The notes under the pieces: generated by a model
What the model saw: the letters and a program-made list of their open reading frames with translations, nothing else
What the model was told of the DNA's origin: nothing
The model's database searches: none
Made by a program: the position numbers and the translations under genes
DNA from: an uncultured Sandaracinus sp.
GTDB taxonomy: Bacteria > Myxococcota_A > Polyangia > Polyangiales > Houyiibacteriaceae
Length of the DNA stretch: 64,000 bases
NCBI GenBank assembly: GCA_964462035.1
Contig: CAYXAP010000026.1
Span: forward strand, 4,555-68,554
Direction of reading: 5' to 3'
Shown: one piece after another, positions 32,198 through 41,426 of the stretch
How positions within the stretch are numbered: position 1 is the stretch's first letter
How the letters are laid out: the number at the start of each line of letters is the position of its first letter

Positions 32198-32641
32198 TCA
32201 GGGCTCGGCGGGCGCGTCGTCTTCGGCCGAGCCGGTGAGAGCGAGCAGGCGCACGCGCCATCCATCGGGCTCCTGGACCACCGGGACCTCGGCCCGCTCA
32301 CCACCGCGACCCTGGACCACCACGACGCCTTCCGCACCATCGACCCGGGCCTGCATCGAGTGCGGTTCGAAGCTCAGGCGGAAGCGCCCCATCGCGAGCA
32401 TCTCCCAAGGCTCGAGCCCGGCACGCCCGAGCGCCTCGGCACGGCCGACCCGCCCCTCGAGCTCCGCCTGCGTCTCCTGATCCAGCAGCGAGTAAGCGTC
32501 GGCTCGCCGGGCGTCGTCGTAGCGCGACTCCTCCATGGCCTCGAGGAACGCCGCCAGGGCCCCCTCGGGGGTCGAATCGGGGGCTTCCTCGGCACAGCCG
32601 AAGGCGATCGAGAGCAGGAACAATGGAGCCAGCAGGCGCAC
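32198..32641 (-). CDS. Hypothetical lipoprotein (possible NTF2-like fold)
   Basis: VRLLAPLFLLSIAFG-C; TPEGALAAFLEA..AYSLL..V.EPDGWRV pattern. Confidence 0.7.
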   Translation of the reverse strand: MRLLAPLFLLSIAFGCAEEAPDSTPEGALAAFLEAMEESRYDDARRADAYSLLDQETQAELEGRVGRAEALGRAGLEPWEMLAMGRFRLSFEPHSMQARVDGAEGVVVVQGRGGERAEVPVVQEPDGWRVRLLALTGSAEDDAPAEP

Positions 32642-32708
32642 TCCCTGGTGGTAGCGCCCCCGGCCCCGAACGCCAAACGGCGGTGTCTCCAGGCCGTGAT
32701 GACGCTCG

Positions 32709-32736
32709 TTGACCTGCCGGGGCCATCGCCTACTAT
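32709..32736 (+). promoter_or_regulatory. Sigma70-type promoter of the E1-alpha/lpdA/lipB operon
   Basis: TTGACC-16 nt-TACTAT, 11 nt before the ATG at 32748. Confidence 0.65.
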
Positions 32737-32747
32737 GCGCCCGCCCC

Positions 32748-33887
32748 ATGGCCCTCCCCCCCGACGACCCCACCCTCGGCCTCTTCCAGGTCCTCCGTGA
32801 GGATCTCAGCGAGCCCCTACCCGAGGGCGAGGACCCCCGCTCCCATCCCGAGCACGATCCGGCGCTCTCGGAAGACACGCTGCGCGCGATGTTCCGACAC
32901 ATGCTTCGGGTGCGACTCCTCGACGAGCGGATGATGATGCGGCAGCGACAGGGGCGGATCGGCTTCTTCGGCGCGATCACCGGCCAGGAAGCCACCCCGA
33001 TCGCCACCGCCTTCTGCCTCGAAGAGAGGGACTGGGTCTTCCCCGCCCTCCGCGAGAACGCGATCATGCTCGTCCGCGGCTTCCCGCTGAGCCAGTGGCT
33101 CGCGCAGGTCTACGGCAACTCCCTCGACGTGCTGAAGGGCCGCCAGATGCCCAGCCACATGTCCGGGCGCTCGGTCAACCAGGTCTCCTGGTCCTCCTGC
33201 CTCGGGCCGCAGCTCCCGCAGGCCGTCGGGGCCGCGATGGCGGCGAAGTACAAGAAGACCGGAGCCGTGACCGTGGGCTTCATCGGCGACGGCGCCACCA
33301 GCGAGCCGGACTTCCACTGCGCGATGAACTTCGCCGGGGTCAGCAAGGCCCCGTGCGTGATGATCTGCCAGAACAACCACTGGGCGATCAGCGTGCCGTC
33401 GAAGAAGCAGACGCGCTCGGCGACCTTCGCGGTCAAAGCGCATGCCTACGGCATTCCCGGCGTCCGCGTGGACGGCAACGACATCCTCGCGCTCAAGGCG
33501 GCCATCGGCGAGGCCGTGGACCGCGCGCGCAGCGGCGAAGGCCCGACCTTCATCGAGGCGGTGACCTACCGCATCGGGGCCCACAGCTCGAGCGACGACC
33601 CGACCGTCTACCGCAGCGACGAAGAGGTCGAGCTGTGGCGCCGCAAGGACCCGATCCAGCGCTTCGAGCGCTACATGCGCTTCGAGGGCCTGCTCGACGA
33701 CGCCGAGCGCGAGCGGCTGGAGAAGGAGCTCGTCGAAGAGATCCTCGCCGCGATCGAGGAGGTCGAGGGCGCACCGCCGCCCGCGCGCGAGACGCTCTTC
33801 GAGGACGTCTTCGAGGAGCGCCCGTGGCACCTCGTCGAGCAGCAGACCGAGCTCCTGGAGCACGACCCGGCGCCCAGCGCCCACTGA
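32748..33887 (+). CDS. 2-oxoacid (branched-chain or pyruvate) dehydrogenase E1 alpha subunit
   Basis: RQGRIGF, GRQMPSH, TPP motif GDGATSE..NN, VDGND, YRIGAHSSSDDP. Confidence 0.93.
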   Translation: MALPPDDPTLGLFQVLREDLSEPLPEGEDPRSHPEHDPALSEDTLRAMFRHMLRVRLLDERMMMRQRQGRIGFFGAITGQEATPIATAFCLEERDWVFPALRENAIMLVRGFPLSQWLAQVYGNSLDVLKGRQMPSHMSGRSVNQVSWSSCLGPQLPQAVGAAMAAKYKKTGAVTVGFIGDGATSEPDFHCAMNFAGVSKAPCVMICQNNHWAISVPSKKQTRSATFAVKAHAYGIPGVRVDGNDILALKAAIGEAVDRARSGEGPTFIEAVTYRIGAHSSSDDPTVYRSDEEVELWRRKDPIQRFERYMRFEGLLDDAERERLEKELVEEILAAIEEVEGAPPPARETLFEDVFEERPWHLVEQQTELLEHDPAPSAH

Positions 33888-33939
33888 ACCACCGAGGCGC
33901 CCCGGCGCCCGAAAGCAACGAGCGAGAGCGAGAAGAGAC

Positions 33940-35367
33940 ATGGCGAAAGAGAGCTACGAAGCGATCGTGATCGGCGCCGGCCCCGGCGGGTACGTCGCCG
34001 CCATCCGACTCGGCCAGCTGGGCATCAAGACTCTGTGCGTCGAGCGCGAGTACTGGGGCGGCGTGTGCCTCAACTGGGGCTGCATCCCCTCCAAGGCGCT
34101 CATCGCGGCGTCCGGCCTGGCACACAAGGTCCGGAACTCGTCCGAGATCGGCATCGAGGTCGAGGGCCTGAAGGTCAACGTCGAGCAGATGCAGAAGTGG
34201 AAGGACGGCATCGTCAAGAAGCTCACCAGCGGCGTGAAGAGCCTGGTGACCGGCAACGGCGCCGACGTCGCCTTCGGCAGCGCGAAGCTGGTCTCGAAGA
34301 ACGAGGTCGAGGTCACCGACCCCGAAGGCAAGAAGACGACCTACTCCGCCTCCAAGGGCATCATCGTCGCGACCGGCACGCAGATCATCAACATCCCCGG
34401 CTTCGAGCCCGACGGCGAGACGATCATCGACGCCCGCGCGGCGGTCTCGCTCCAGAAGGCGCCGGAGTCGATGCTCATCATCGGTGGCGGCATCATCGGG
34501 ATGGAGCTCGGCATGGTCTACCAGAAGCTCGGCACCAAGATCACGGTGGTCGAGCTCATGGATCAGCTCCTGCCCGGCACCGACAAGGACGTACTGCGCG
34601 TCGTCCAGAAGCACTTCACCAAGGGCGACAACCCGGCCGAGGTCCTCACCAAGTCGAAGGCGAAGTCCTGCACGGTGAAGGACGGCAAGGCCAAGGTCGT
34701 GGTCGAGACCGCCGACGGCTCGGAGAAGACCTTCGAGGTCGAGAAGGTCATGGTCTGCGTCGGCTTCAAGCCGAACTCCAAGGGCCTCGGCCTCGAGGAG
34801 GCGGGCGTGGAGCTCGACGACCGCGGCCACATCACGGTCGACGACAAGTTCCAGTCGAACGTGCCCGGCATCTACGCCATCGGCGACGTGACCGGCCACC
34901 CCTACCTCGCGCACAAGGCGAGCAAGGAAGGGGAGATCGCCGCCGAGGTGATCGCCGGCCACAAGGGCGCGCTCAACGACGTCGTCGCCATGCCGGCAGC
35001 CATCTTCACCGACCCGGAGATCGCGACCGTCGGTCTCACGGAGACCGAGGCGAAGAAGCAGGGCAAGAAGGTCAACATCGGCAAGTTCCCCTTCGCGGCG
35101 AGCGGCCGAGCGATGGCCGTGACCGAGACCGACGGCTTCATCAAGGTCCTGACGGACCCGGAGAACGACCACAAGGTCCTCGGCGTGACCATCGTCGGCC
35201 CGGAGGCGAGCGACCTCATCAGCGAGAGCGCATTGGCCATGGAGATGCACGCCTACGCGGAGGACGTCGCCCTGACCGTGCACCCGCACCCGACCCTCGG
35301 CGAGGGCGTGATGGAAGCGTTCAAGGCCGCGCTCGGCGAGGCCGTCCACATCATGAACAGGAAGTAG
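33940..35367 (+). CDS. lpdA: Dihydrolipoyl dehydrogenase (E3)
   Basis: GAGPGGY, GGVCLNWGCIPSK, LAHKA, HPHPTLGE. Confidence 0.97.
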   Translation: MAKESYEAIVIGAGPGGYVAAIRLGQLGIKTLCVEREYWGGVCLNWGCIPSKALIAASGLAHKVRNSSEIGIEVEGLKVNVEQMQKWKDGIVKKLTSGVKSLVTGNGADVAFGSAKLVSKNEVEVTDPEGKKTTYSASKGIIVATGTQIINIPGFEPDGETIIDARAAVSLQKAPESMLIIGGGIIGMELGMVYQKLGTKITVVELMDQLLPGTDKDVLRVVQKHFTKGDNPAEVLTKSKAKSCTVKDGKAKVVVETADGSEKTFEVEKVMVCVGFKPNSKGLGLEEAGVELDDRGHITVDDKFQSNVPGIYAIGDVTGHPYLAHKASKEGEIAAEVIAGHKGALNDVVAMPAAIFTDPEIATVGLTETEAKKQGKKVNIGKFPFAASGRAMAVTETDGFIKVLTDPENDHKVLGVTIVGPEASDLISESALAMEMHAYAEDVALTVHPHPTLGEGVMEAFKAALGEAVHIMNRK

Positions 35368-36068
35368 TGGCCGACCGCGTCCTCGATGTCTGGCGTGTCG
35401 GGCGCATCGACTACGACGACGCGCTCGAGCTCCAACGATCACTGGTCGCGGCTCGCACGGCCGGCGAGATCGAGGACACGCTGCTCCTCCTCGAGCACCC
35501 GCCGACGATCACCTTGGGGCGAGGCGCGAAGGAGGAGCACCTGCTTCTCGAGCGCGACGAGCTCGAGGCGCAGGGGGTCCACGTCCGAGACATCGGCCGT
35601 GGCGGGGACGTGACCTATCACGGGCCGGGCCAGCTCGTCGGCTACCCGATCATCGATCTGAAGCCCGACCGCCGCGACGTCCGCAAGTATGTCGCGAGCC
35701 TCGAAGAGACCATGATCCGGCTCGCCGCCGATCACGGGATTCGAGCAGAGCGACTCGACGGCTTCAACGGCACCTGGATCGAGCCCCATGGTTTCCGGCC
35801 ACGGAAGATCGGCGCGGTCGGTGTCCGCATCAGCCGTTGGGTCACGATGCACGGCTTCGCCTTCAACATCGATCCGAACATGGGCCACTTCGGCCTGATC
35901 GTGCCCTGCGGCATCCAGGGCAAGGGCGTCGCGAGCCTCGCGGGCGAGCTCGACGGAGCGCCCGAATGGCGAGCCGTCGAGACGGCGGCCGGCGAGCACT
36001 TCGCCGAAATTCAGGAATCGGTGATCCGGTGGTACGACGGAAGGCCCACGATTCCAACCGATTCGTGA
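35367..36068 (+). CDS. lipB: Lipoyl(octanoyl) transferase
   Basis: LLEHPPTITLG, RGGDVTYHGPGQLVGYPI, KIGAVG, HGFAFN, IVPCGI; GTG overlaps the lpdA TAG. Confidence 0.95.
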   Translation: MADRVLDVWRVGRIDYDDALELQRSLVAARTAGEIEDTLLLLEHPPTITLGRGAKEEHLLLERDELEAQGVHVRDIGRGGDVTYHGPGQLVGYPIIDLKPDRRDVRKYVASLEETMIRLAADHGIRAERLDGFNGTWIEPHGFRPRKIGAVGVRISRWVTMHGFAFNIDPNMGHFGLIVPCGIQGKGVASLAGELDGAPEWRAVETAAGEHFAEIQESVIRWYDGRPTIPTDS

Positions 36069-36133
36069 AAGCCGTTCGCTCCCCGTTCTGGGGCATGACC
36101 GCCGACTCGAACCCATGGCATCCTTGCGTCGCC

Positions 36134-36577
36134 ATGGGGGTACGACTGTCACTCGACGACGGGACGATCGAGATCCAGCGGATGAGTGACTATCTGCTGG
36201 TGGTCGAACGCGGTCGCCTCTCCAGCGTCAGCGACGTGAGCCGCTACGCCCGTGCCTGCGAGAAGGAGCGGGACGGGCACGACGTGGGCGCGATGGTCGT
36301 CGATGCGCGGGTCGATCCGACCCAGACGAACCCCGAGGCCCGAGAGGCGTTCTGGACCTGGCTGGGAAAGAAGCCCTTCGAGCGCGTGGCCCTCGTCTAC
36401 GACGACGAGATGTTGGCGACCGAGCTCAACATGTTGGCGCTCAGTCGCCGGATGGCCGTGCGAGCCTTCACCTCGCTCGGCGAAGCCAAGAGCTGGGCCA
36501 TCGAGCGGACGACCGGGCGCCCCTCGGCCCTCCCCCCGGCGCCGGAAGACGAGCTGACCGAGTCCGAGTCCGCCTGA
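36134..36577 (+). CDS. Hypothetical protein (STAS/SpoIIAA-like)
   Basis: MVVDAR..RVALV..VRAFTSLGEAKSW pattern. Confidence 0.6.
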   Translation: MGVRLSLDDGTIEIQRMSDYLLVVERGRLSSVSDVSRYARACEKERDGHDVGAMVVDARVDPTQTNPEAREAFWTWLGKKPFERVALVYDDEMLATELNMLALSRRMAVRAFTSLGEAKSWAIERTTGRPSALPPAPEDELTESESA

Positions 36578-36583
36578 CCTCGA

Positions 36584-37720
36584 TCAGCGGTGGAGGATGA
36601 ACTCCACCCGCCGGTTGCGGGCGTGGCACTCGCGCGAGTCCTCCGCGCAGCGGGTCTGGGTGTCGCCGAACGAGCGACTCTCGATCCGCTGCGGCGCGAC
36701 GCCGCACATGACCAGCTGCTCCGCCACGGACCCAGCACGCATCGCTCCGAGTCGGTGGTTGCCCGCGGCCGTCCCCTCTTCGTCGGCGTGGCCGATGACC
36801 CCGAGCCGCGCCTGGGGCGCGCTCGCCATCAGCGCGCAGACCTCCTCGATGGCGTCGCGATAGCGGGGCGAGACCCGGTCGGAGCCGGAGCGAAAGCCGA
36901 CGGTCTGGGGGAGCGACTCGCCAGGGTCCGGCTCCTGCACGATCGTCGCCGGCTCCGGCGCCGGCGCTTCGTCCGGGCAGCCGTCATCGTCCTGGAAGCC
37001 GTTGCGGGTCTCGGCGAGGTCCGGGCAGCCATCGGCCGCGTCCGGGTACCCGTCGCCATCGTTGTCGTCCTCCGGGCACCCATCCGCGTCCTCGAAACCG
37101 TCGGCGTCCTCGGCGCTCTCGGGGCAATCGTCGCGCTCGTCGTCGAGCCCATCGCCGTCGGTGTCGGCGGGCGCCGGCGCAGGGTCGGGCTCGTCGGACG
37201 CGACCATCCGGAGAGTCAGCGAGAGGCCCACCCGCAGGAAGCGAGCGTCGGCGCCGATGGGCTGGTCGTTCGGCTGGACGATGTGCGCGTAGCGGACGAA
37301 GGGGCCGAAGCCGACCATTCGGTGAGGAAAGAAGGTCCAGCCCGCGCCGACGTCGAAGGTCACCCGCGCGAGCCCACCGGTCAGCCCGAAGCCCGCGTTG
37401 GCATCGACGAAGGGCCCACCCACGAAGCCATCGTCGAGCTCGAAGAGGCCGCGGAGACCCAGAGTCACGGCGTGGAGGTTCCCTGGGTCCTGGTCGGCCA
37501 CCGGGAACCAGCTGGTGCCGTAGCCCAGCTGCAGGGAGAGCGGCCCCGCCAAGGTGAGCCCGACGCGCACGGCCCCACCCCCACCCCAGCGGAAGCGATC
37601 GTAGCGCTCGGTCAGCGCCCGGTCGGCGTGGCCCTCGACGTGAACCACCGGGAGCACCTGCGCCTGGGCGACCGAGCCGAGCGCGAGGGCTGCGACGAAC
37701 GCCATGGCAACGGCTCTCAT
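36584..37720 (-). CDS. OmpA-family protein: beta-barrel + thrombospondin type-3 repeats + OmpA-C (TraB-like architecture)
   Basis: Signal peptide; barrel strands; DTDGDGLDDERDDCP..DGFEDADGCP repeats; GHADEEG..NHRLGAMRA..RNRRVEF; ATGA overlap with the upstream gene. Confidence 0.9.
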   Translation of the reverse strand: MRAVAMAFVAALALGSVAQAQVLPVVHVEGHADRALTERYDRFRWGGGGAVRVGLTLAGPLSLQLGYGTSWFPVADQDPGNLHAVTLGLRGLFELDDGFVGGPFVDANAGFGLTGGLARVTFDVGAGWTFFPHRMVGFGPFVRYAHIVQPNDQPIGADARFLRVGLSLTLRMVASDEPDPAPAPADTDGDGLDDERDDCPESAEDADGFEDADGCPEDDNDGDGYPDAADGCPDLAETRNGFQDDDGCPDEAPAPEPATIVQEPDPGESLPQTVGFRSGSDRVSPRYRDAIEEVCALMASAPQARLGVIGHADEEGTAAGNHRLGAMRAGSVAEQLVMCGVAPQRIESRSFGDTQTRCAEDSRECHARNRRVEFILHR

Positions 37721-40700
37721 CGGGAGATGCTCAACGAGTAGCGGGCACAGCTGGGCCCGGCGTTGGTCCGCCAAACGCGAACGAGGGCCGTGTTCGGCCA
37801 CCCGGTCCGCCGGGTGGAGCAGCCGGTGCCGCTGCCCGAGCAGGTGTCCTCGAAGGTCCAATCGGTGCGGGCGCCGGCGGTGCCGCCGCTCCCGCACGGG
37901 CCATTCCCGCTGCTGCACGACGTGCGGACGTCGAAGCGGAACACCCCGCCCTCGTTCGTGGCGAAACGGATCCGCGGCCGTCCGCTGCCGTGGCGGCGGA
38001 AGGTCGCACTCTCCGGGAAGCGGATGAGGAACCACTCCTCCTGACCCGCGAGCGGCAGGCGGCGGAGGTCGCTGCCGGTGCTACTGCCCGCGCCCAGCGT
38101 CCCGAGGTCGATGCGTGTGCCGCACGAGAGGGCGGAGGCCCCCGCGCACTCTCCGCCGCAGACCAGCTGACCGCTCGGGCAGGAGAGCTGACAGCTTCCA
38201 CCGGTGCAGATCTCACCCGGCCCGCACCCCACGCCACACCCGCCGCAGTGGCTGCGGTCCGTGCTCAAGTCGCGACAGACCCCCGAGCAGTTGGTCAGCC
38301 CAGCGGTGCAGCTCACCGTGCACGAACCCCCGGTGCACACCTGACCCGCCGGGCACGAGCTCCCGCAGCTCCCGCAGTGCAGCCGATCCGTGCTCAGGTC
38401 CCGGCAGACCCCGCTGCAGTTCGTCAGCCCCGCCCCGCAGCTCACGGTGCAGCTCCCCGCCGAGCACACCTGGCCGGCGCCGCAGGTCGCCCCGCATGCG
38501 CCGCAGTTGAGCCGGTCGGTGCTCAGGTCGCGGCAGGTCCCGGAGCAGTCGGTGAGGCCCGAGCCGCAGCTGACCGTGCACACGCCGCCCGAGCACACCT
38601 CGCCCGCAGCGCACGTCACGCCACAACCGCCGCAGTGGAAGCGGTCGCTGCCCAGGTCGCGGCAGACGCCGCCGCAGTTCGTCAGCCCCGACGTGCAGCT
38701 CACCGCGCAGCTACCGGAAGCGCAGACCTGACCCGCGCCGCAGGTGGTGCCGCACGAGCCGCAGTTCAATCGATCGGTGTCGAGGTCCCGGCACACACCG
38801 CCGCAGCTGGTCGTGCCACCCGCGCAGCTCGGCGTGCAGCCACCGCCCGAGCACACCTCACCGGCGCCGCAAGCGTTGCCGCAGGTGCCGCAGTTGCCCC
38901 GGTCGGTGCCGAGGTCCCGACACACACCGCCACAGTCCGCCAGGCCGGCGCCGCAGCTCACGGTGCACACCCCACCGGAGCAGACCTCGCCGGCTGCGCA
39001 AGAGACCCCGCAGCCCCCGCAGTTCGCCCGGTCGGTGGCGAGGTCGCGACACACGCCACCGCAATCCGTGGTCCCCGTGGTGCACGACACGGTGCAGGCT
39101 CCGGCTGAGCACACCTCGCCGGCACCGCAGAGAGCGTCGCACGCCCCGCAGTGGAAGCGGTCGGTCCCGAGGTCCCGACACACACCGCCGCAGTTCGTCA
39201 GCCCCGTCCCGCACGACACCTCACACGTGCCGCCCGAGCACACCTCACCAGCACCGCAGCTGACGCCACATCCACCGCAGTTCGCCCGGTCGGTCCCGAG
39301 GTCCCGACACACGCCACCGCAGTTGCTCAGCCCGCCGCCGCAGCTCACCGAGCACACGCCGGAGCTGCAGACTTCTCCCGCCCCACAGATCGTGCCGCAG
39401 GCCCCGCAGTGGTTGAGGTCGCTGGTCAGATCACGGCACACGCCGCCGCAATCGGTCAGCCCACCGCCACAGCTCACCGTGCACGACCCACCGGCGCAGA
39501 TCTCGCCGGCGCCGCAGCCCACGCCACAGCCACCGCAGTTGAGCCGGTCGTTGTCGAGGTCCCGGCACACGCCACCGCAGTTGGTCAGCCCCGCGCCGCA
39601 ACTCACCTCGCAGGTGCCCCCCACGCAACGCGTCCCCGCGAGGCAGACCATCCCGCAGCCACCGCAGTTGAGCGCGTCGTTGTCGAGGTCTCGGCACACG
39701 CCACCGCAGTCGGTCAGCCCCGCGGAACACGTCGTCGCGCACGCCCCCCCCGCGCAGACCTGACCGGCACCGCAGGCGTTGCCGCAGGCGCCGCAGTGGA
39801 GCCGGTCGTTCTCGAGGTCCCGGCAGACGCCACTGCAGCTGCTGAGGCCCATCCCACACGACACCTCGCACGTTCCTCCCGAACACACCTCGCCCGCGGC
39901 GCAGACCACATCGCAAGCACCGCAGTGGAGCCGATCGGTCGCCACGTCGCGACAGACGCCCGAGCAGTTCGTCAGGGCCGCGCCGCAGCTCACCTCGCAG
40001 GCACCGGCGACGCAGACCTCACCGGCCGCGCACGCGACCCCACAGCCGCCGCAGTTCGCGATGTCGCTGGCGGTGTCGCGGCACGCGGCGCCGCACTCCA
40101 CCAGGCCGGGCCCACAGGAGACCGCACACGCGCCCGCCGAGCAGACCTCGAACGAGCCGCAGACGGCGTCGCAGCCGCCGCAGTTGGACCCGTCGACGGC
40201 GAGGTCGCGGCAGACGCCACCGCAGTCGGTCAGCCCGGAGCCGCAGCTCACCTCGCACACGCCGACGCTGCACACCTCGCCGGCGCCACATGTGTTGCCG
40301 CAGGTCCCGCAGTTGGTCCGGTCATTGCCGAGGTCGCGACAGACGCCGCTGCATTCGGTGAGCCCGGCGCCGCAGCTGAGCTGACAGGAACCCGCCGAGC
40401 ACACCTCGCCCGCAGCACAGCCCGCGTTGCAGGCACCGCAGTGCAGTCGGTCCGTCGCCAGGTCGCGGCAGACACCGTCGCACTCTGCCAGACCACCCCC
40501 GCAGCTCACTTCGCAAGCGCCGGCGGAGCACACCTCGCCCGCCGCGCACGAGAGCCCGCACCCACCGCAGTTCGCGAGGTCGGTCGCGGGGTCTCGGCAG
40601 ACCCCATCGCAGTTGGTCAGTGCACCGCCGCACGTGGTCTCGCAGCTCCCCGAGCTGCACACGGTGCCCGCGTCGCAGGTCGCGTCACACGCGCCGCAGT

Positions 40701-41277
40701 GCTCTCGGTCCGACGCGAGGTCGGCGCAGCGGCCACCGCACTCGACTTGACCGGCCGGGCACGAGACCACGCAGGCACCGCCCTCGCAGATCTCGCCGGC
40801 GGCGCAGGCCGTCTCGCACGCGCCGCAGTTCTCCCGGTCGATGGCGAGGTCGGCGCAGTAGGGAGTCCCGTCCGCGAGCTCGCAGCGCTCGAGCACGCCT
40901 CCACAGGTGAGACCACACGCGCCCTCGCTGCAGACCTCACCATCCTCGCAAGGCGCCGCACAGCTACCGCAGTGGGCGCGGTCGGTGAGCGGATCGACGC
41001 AGAGGCCGTCGCAGAGGATCTGACCGGCCGGACATGAGGTCAGGCAGGCACCGTCGGCGCAGATCTCGCCCGGAGCGCACGCGAGCCCGCAACCGCCGCA
41101 GTGGTCGACATCCACCCGCACGTCGGCGCAGGCGCCCTCACAGACCAGCTCTCCGGCCTCGCAGAGCACCGCCATGTCGACCTCCCCGCCGACCAGCGGT
41201 TGGGCATCGCACCCAAACACGAGCGCGGCGAACGAGCTGGCCATGAAGAGACCCCAACCGCCGCGCACCCCCGCCAT
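37717..41277 (-). CDS. Giant Cys-rich repeat lipoprotein (STIG1/MXAN_6577-like repeats) with C-terminal tip domain
   Basis: Lipobox LVFG-C; 23 repeats of CxxGLTxCxGVCRDLxxDxxxCGxCGxxCxxGEVCSxGxCxVS; ~150-aa non-repeat C-terminus. Confidence 0.92.
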   Translation of the reverse strand: MAGVRGGWGLFMASSFAALVFGCDAQPLVGGEVDMAVLCEAGELVCEGACADVRVDVDHCGGCGLACAPGEICADGACLTSCPAGQILCDGLCVDPLTDRAHCGSCAAPCEDGEVCSEGACGLTCGGVLERCELADGTPYCADLAIDRENCGACETACAAGEICEGGACVVSCPAGQVECGGRCADLASDREHCGACDATCDAGTVCSSGSCETTCGGALTNCDGVCRDPATDLANCGGCGLSCAAGEVCSAGACEVSCGGGLAECDGVCRDLATDRLHCGACNAGCAAGEVCSAGSCQLSCGAGLTECSGVCRDLGNDRTNCGTCGNTCGAGEVCSVGVCEVSCGSGLTDCGGVCRDLAVDGSNCGGCDAVCGSFEVCSAGACAVSCGPGLVECGAACRDTASDIANCGGCGVACAAGEVCVAGACEVSCGAALTNCSGVCRDVATDRLHCGACDVVCAAGEVCSGGTCEVSCGMGLSSCSGVCRDLENDRLHCGACGNACGAGQVCAGGACATTCSAGLTDCGGVCRDLDNDALNCGGCGMVCLAGTRCVGGTCEVSCGAGLTNCGGVCRDLDNDRLNCGGCGVGCGAGEICAGGSCTVSCGGGLTDCGGVCRDLTSDLNHCGACGTICGAGEVCSSGVCSVSCGGGLSNCGGVCRDLGTDRANCGGCGVSCGAGEVCSGGTCEVSCGTGLTNCGGVCRDLGTDRFHCGACDALCGAGEVCSAGACTVSCTTGTTDCGGVCRDLATDRANCGGCGVSCAAGEVCSGGVCTVSCGAGLADCGGVCRDLGTDRGNCGTCGNACGAGEVCSGGGCTPSCAGGTTSCGGVCRDLDTDRLNCGSCGTTCGAGQVCASGSCAVSCTSGLTNCGGVCRDLGSDRFHCGGCGVTCAAGEVCSGGVCTVSCGSGLTDCSGTCRDLSTDRLNCGACGATCGAGQVCSAGSCTVSCGAGLTNCSGVCRDLSTDRLHCGSCGSSCPAGQVCTGGSCTVSCTAGLTNCSGVCRDLSTDRSHCGGCGVGCGPGEICTGGSCQLSCPSGQLVCGGECAGASALSCGTRIDLGTLGAGSSTGSDLRRLPLAGQEEWFLIRFPESATFRRHGSGRPRIRFATNEGGVFRFDVRTSCSSGNGPCGSGGTAGARTDWTFEDTCSGSGTGCSTRRTGWPNTALVRVWRTNAGPSCARYSLSISR
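38182..41163 (-). repeat. 23 tandem ~129-bp (43-aa, 8-Cys) coding repeats
   Basis: Counted from the translation; repeat 3 carries a 5-aa insertion. Confidence 0.92.
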
Positions 41278-41426
41278 GGTTTCAGAAAGCCCGGACGCAC
41301 TGACGGTGTCAACGGTCGATCCGTGCCTAATTCACCGCATTTTCAAAGGAAATACCGTGTCTCTGAATCGTCACAACCGCACCACCCAAAAAGGTGAGGT
41401 CGATGTCTGGAGACCGCCGGCCCCGG

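Noticed and set aside
38182..41163. Regular repeats that might be a CRISPR array
   Set aside because: In-frame 129-bp coding repeats with synonymous variation; no unique spacers and no cas genes
36584..41277. Assigning the gene names traA/traB
   Set aside because: No MYXO-CTERM or N-terminal variable domain in the Cys-rich protein, and OmpA-TSP3 paralogs are numerous; reported only as an analogy
41290..41400. AT-rich stretch upstream of the giant Cys-rich gene
   Set aside because: Probably regulatory, but no convincing sigma70 or sigma54 element with correct spacing could be defined
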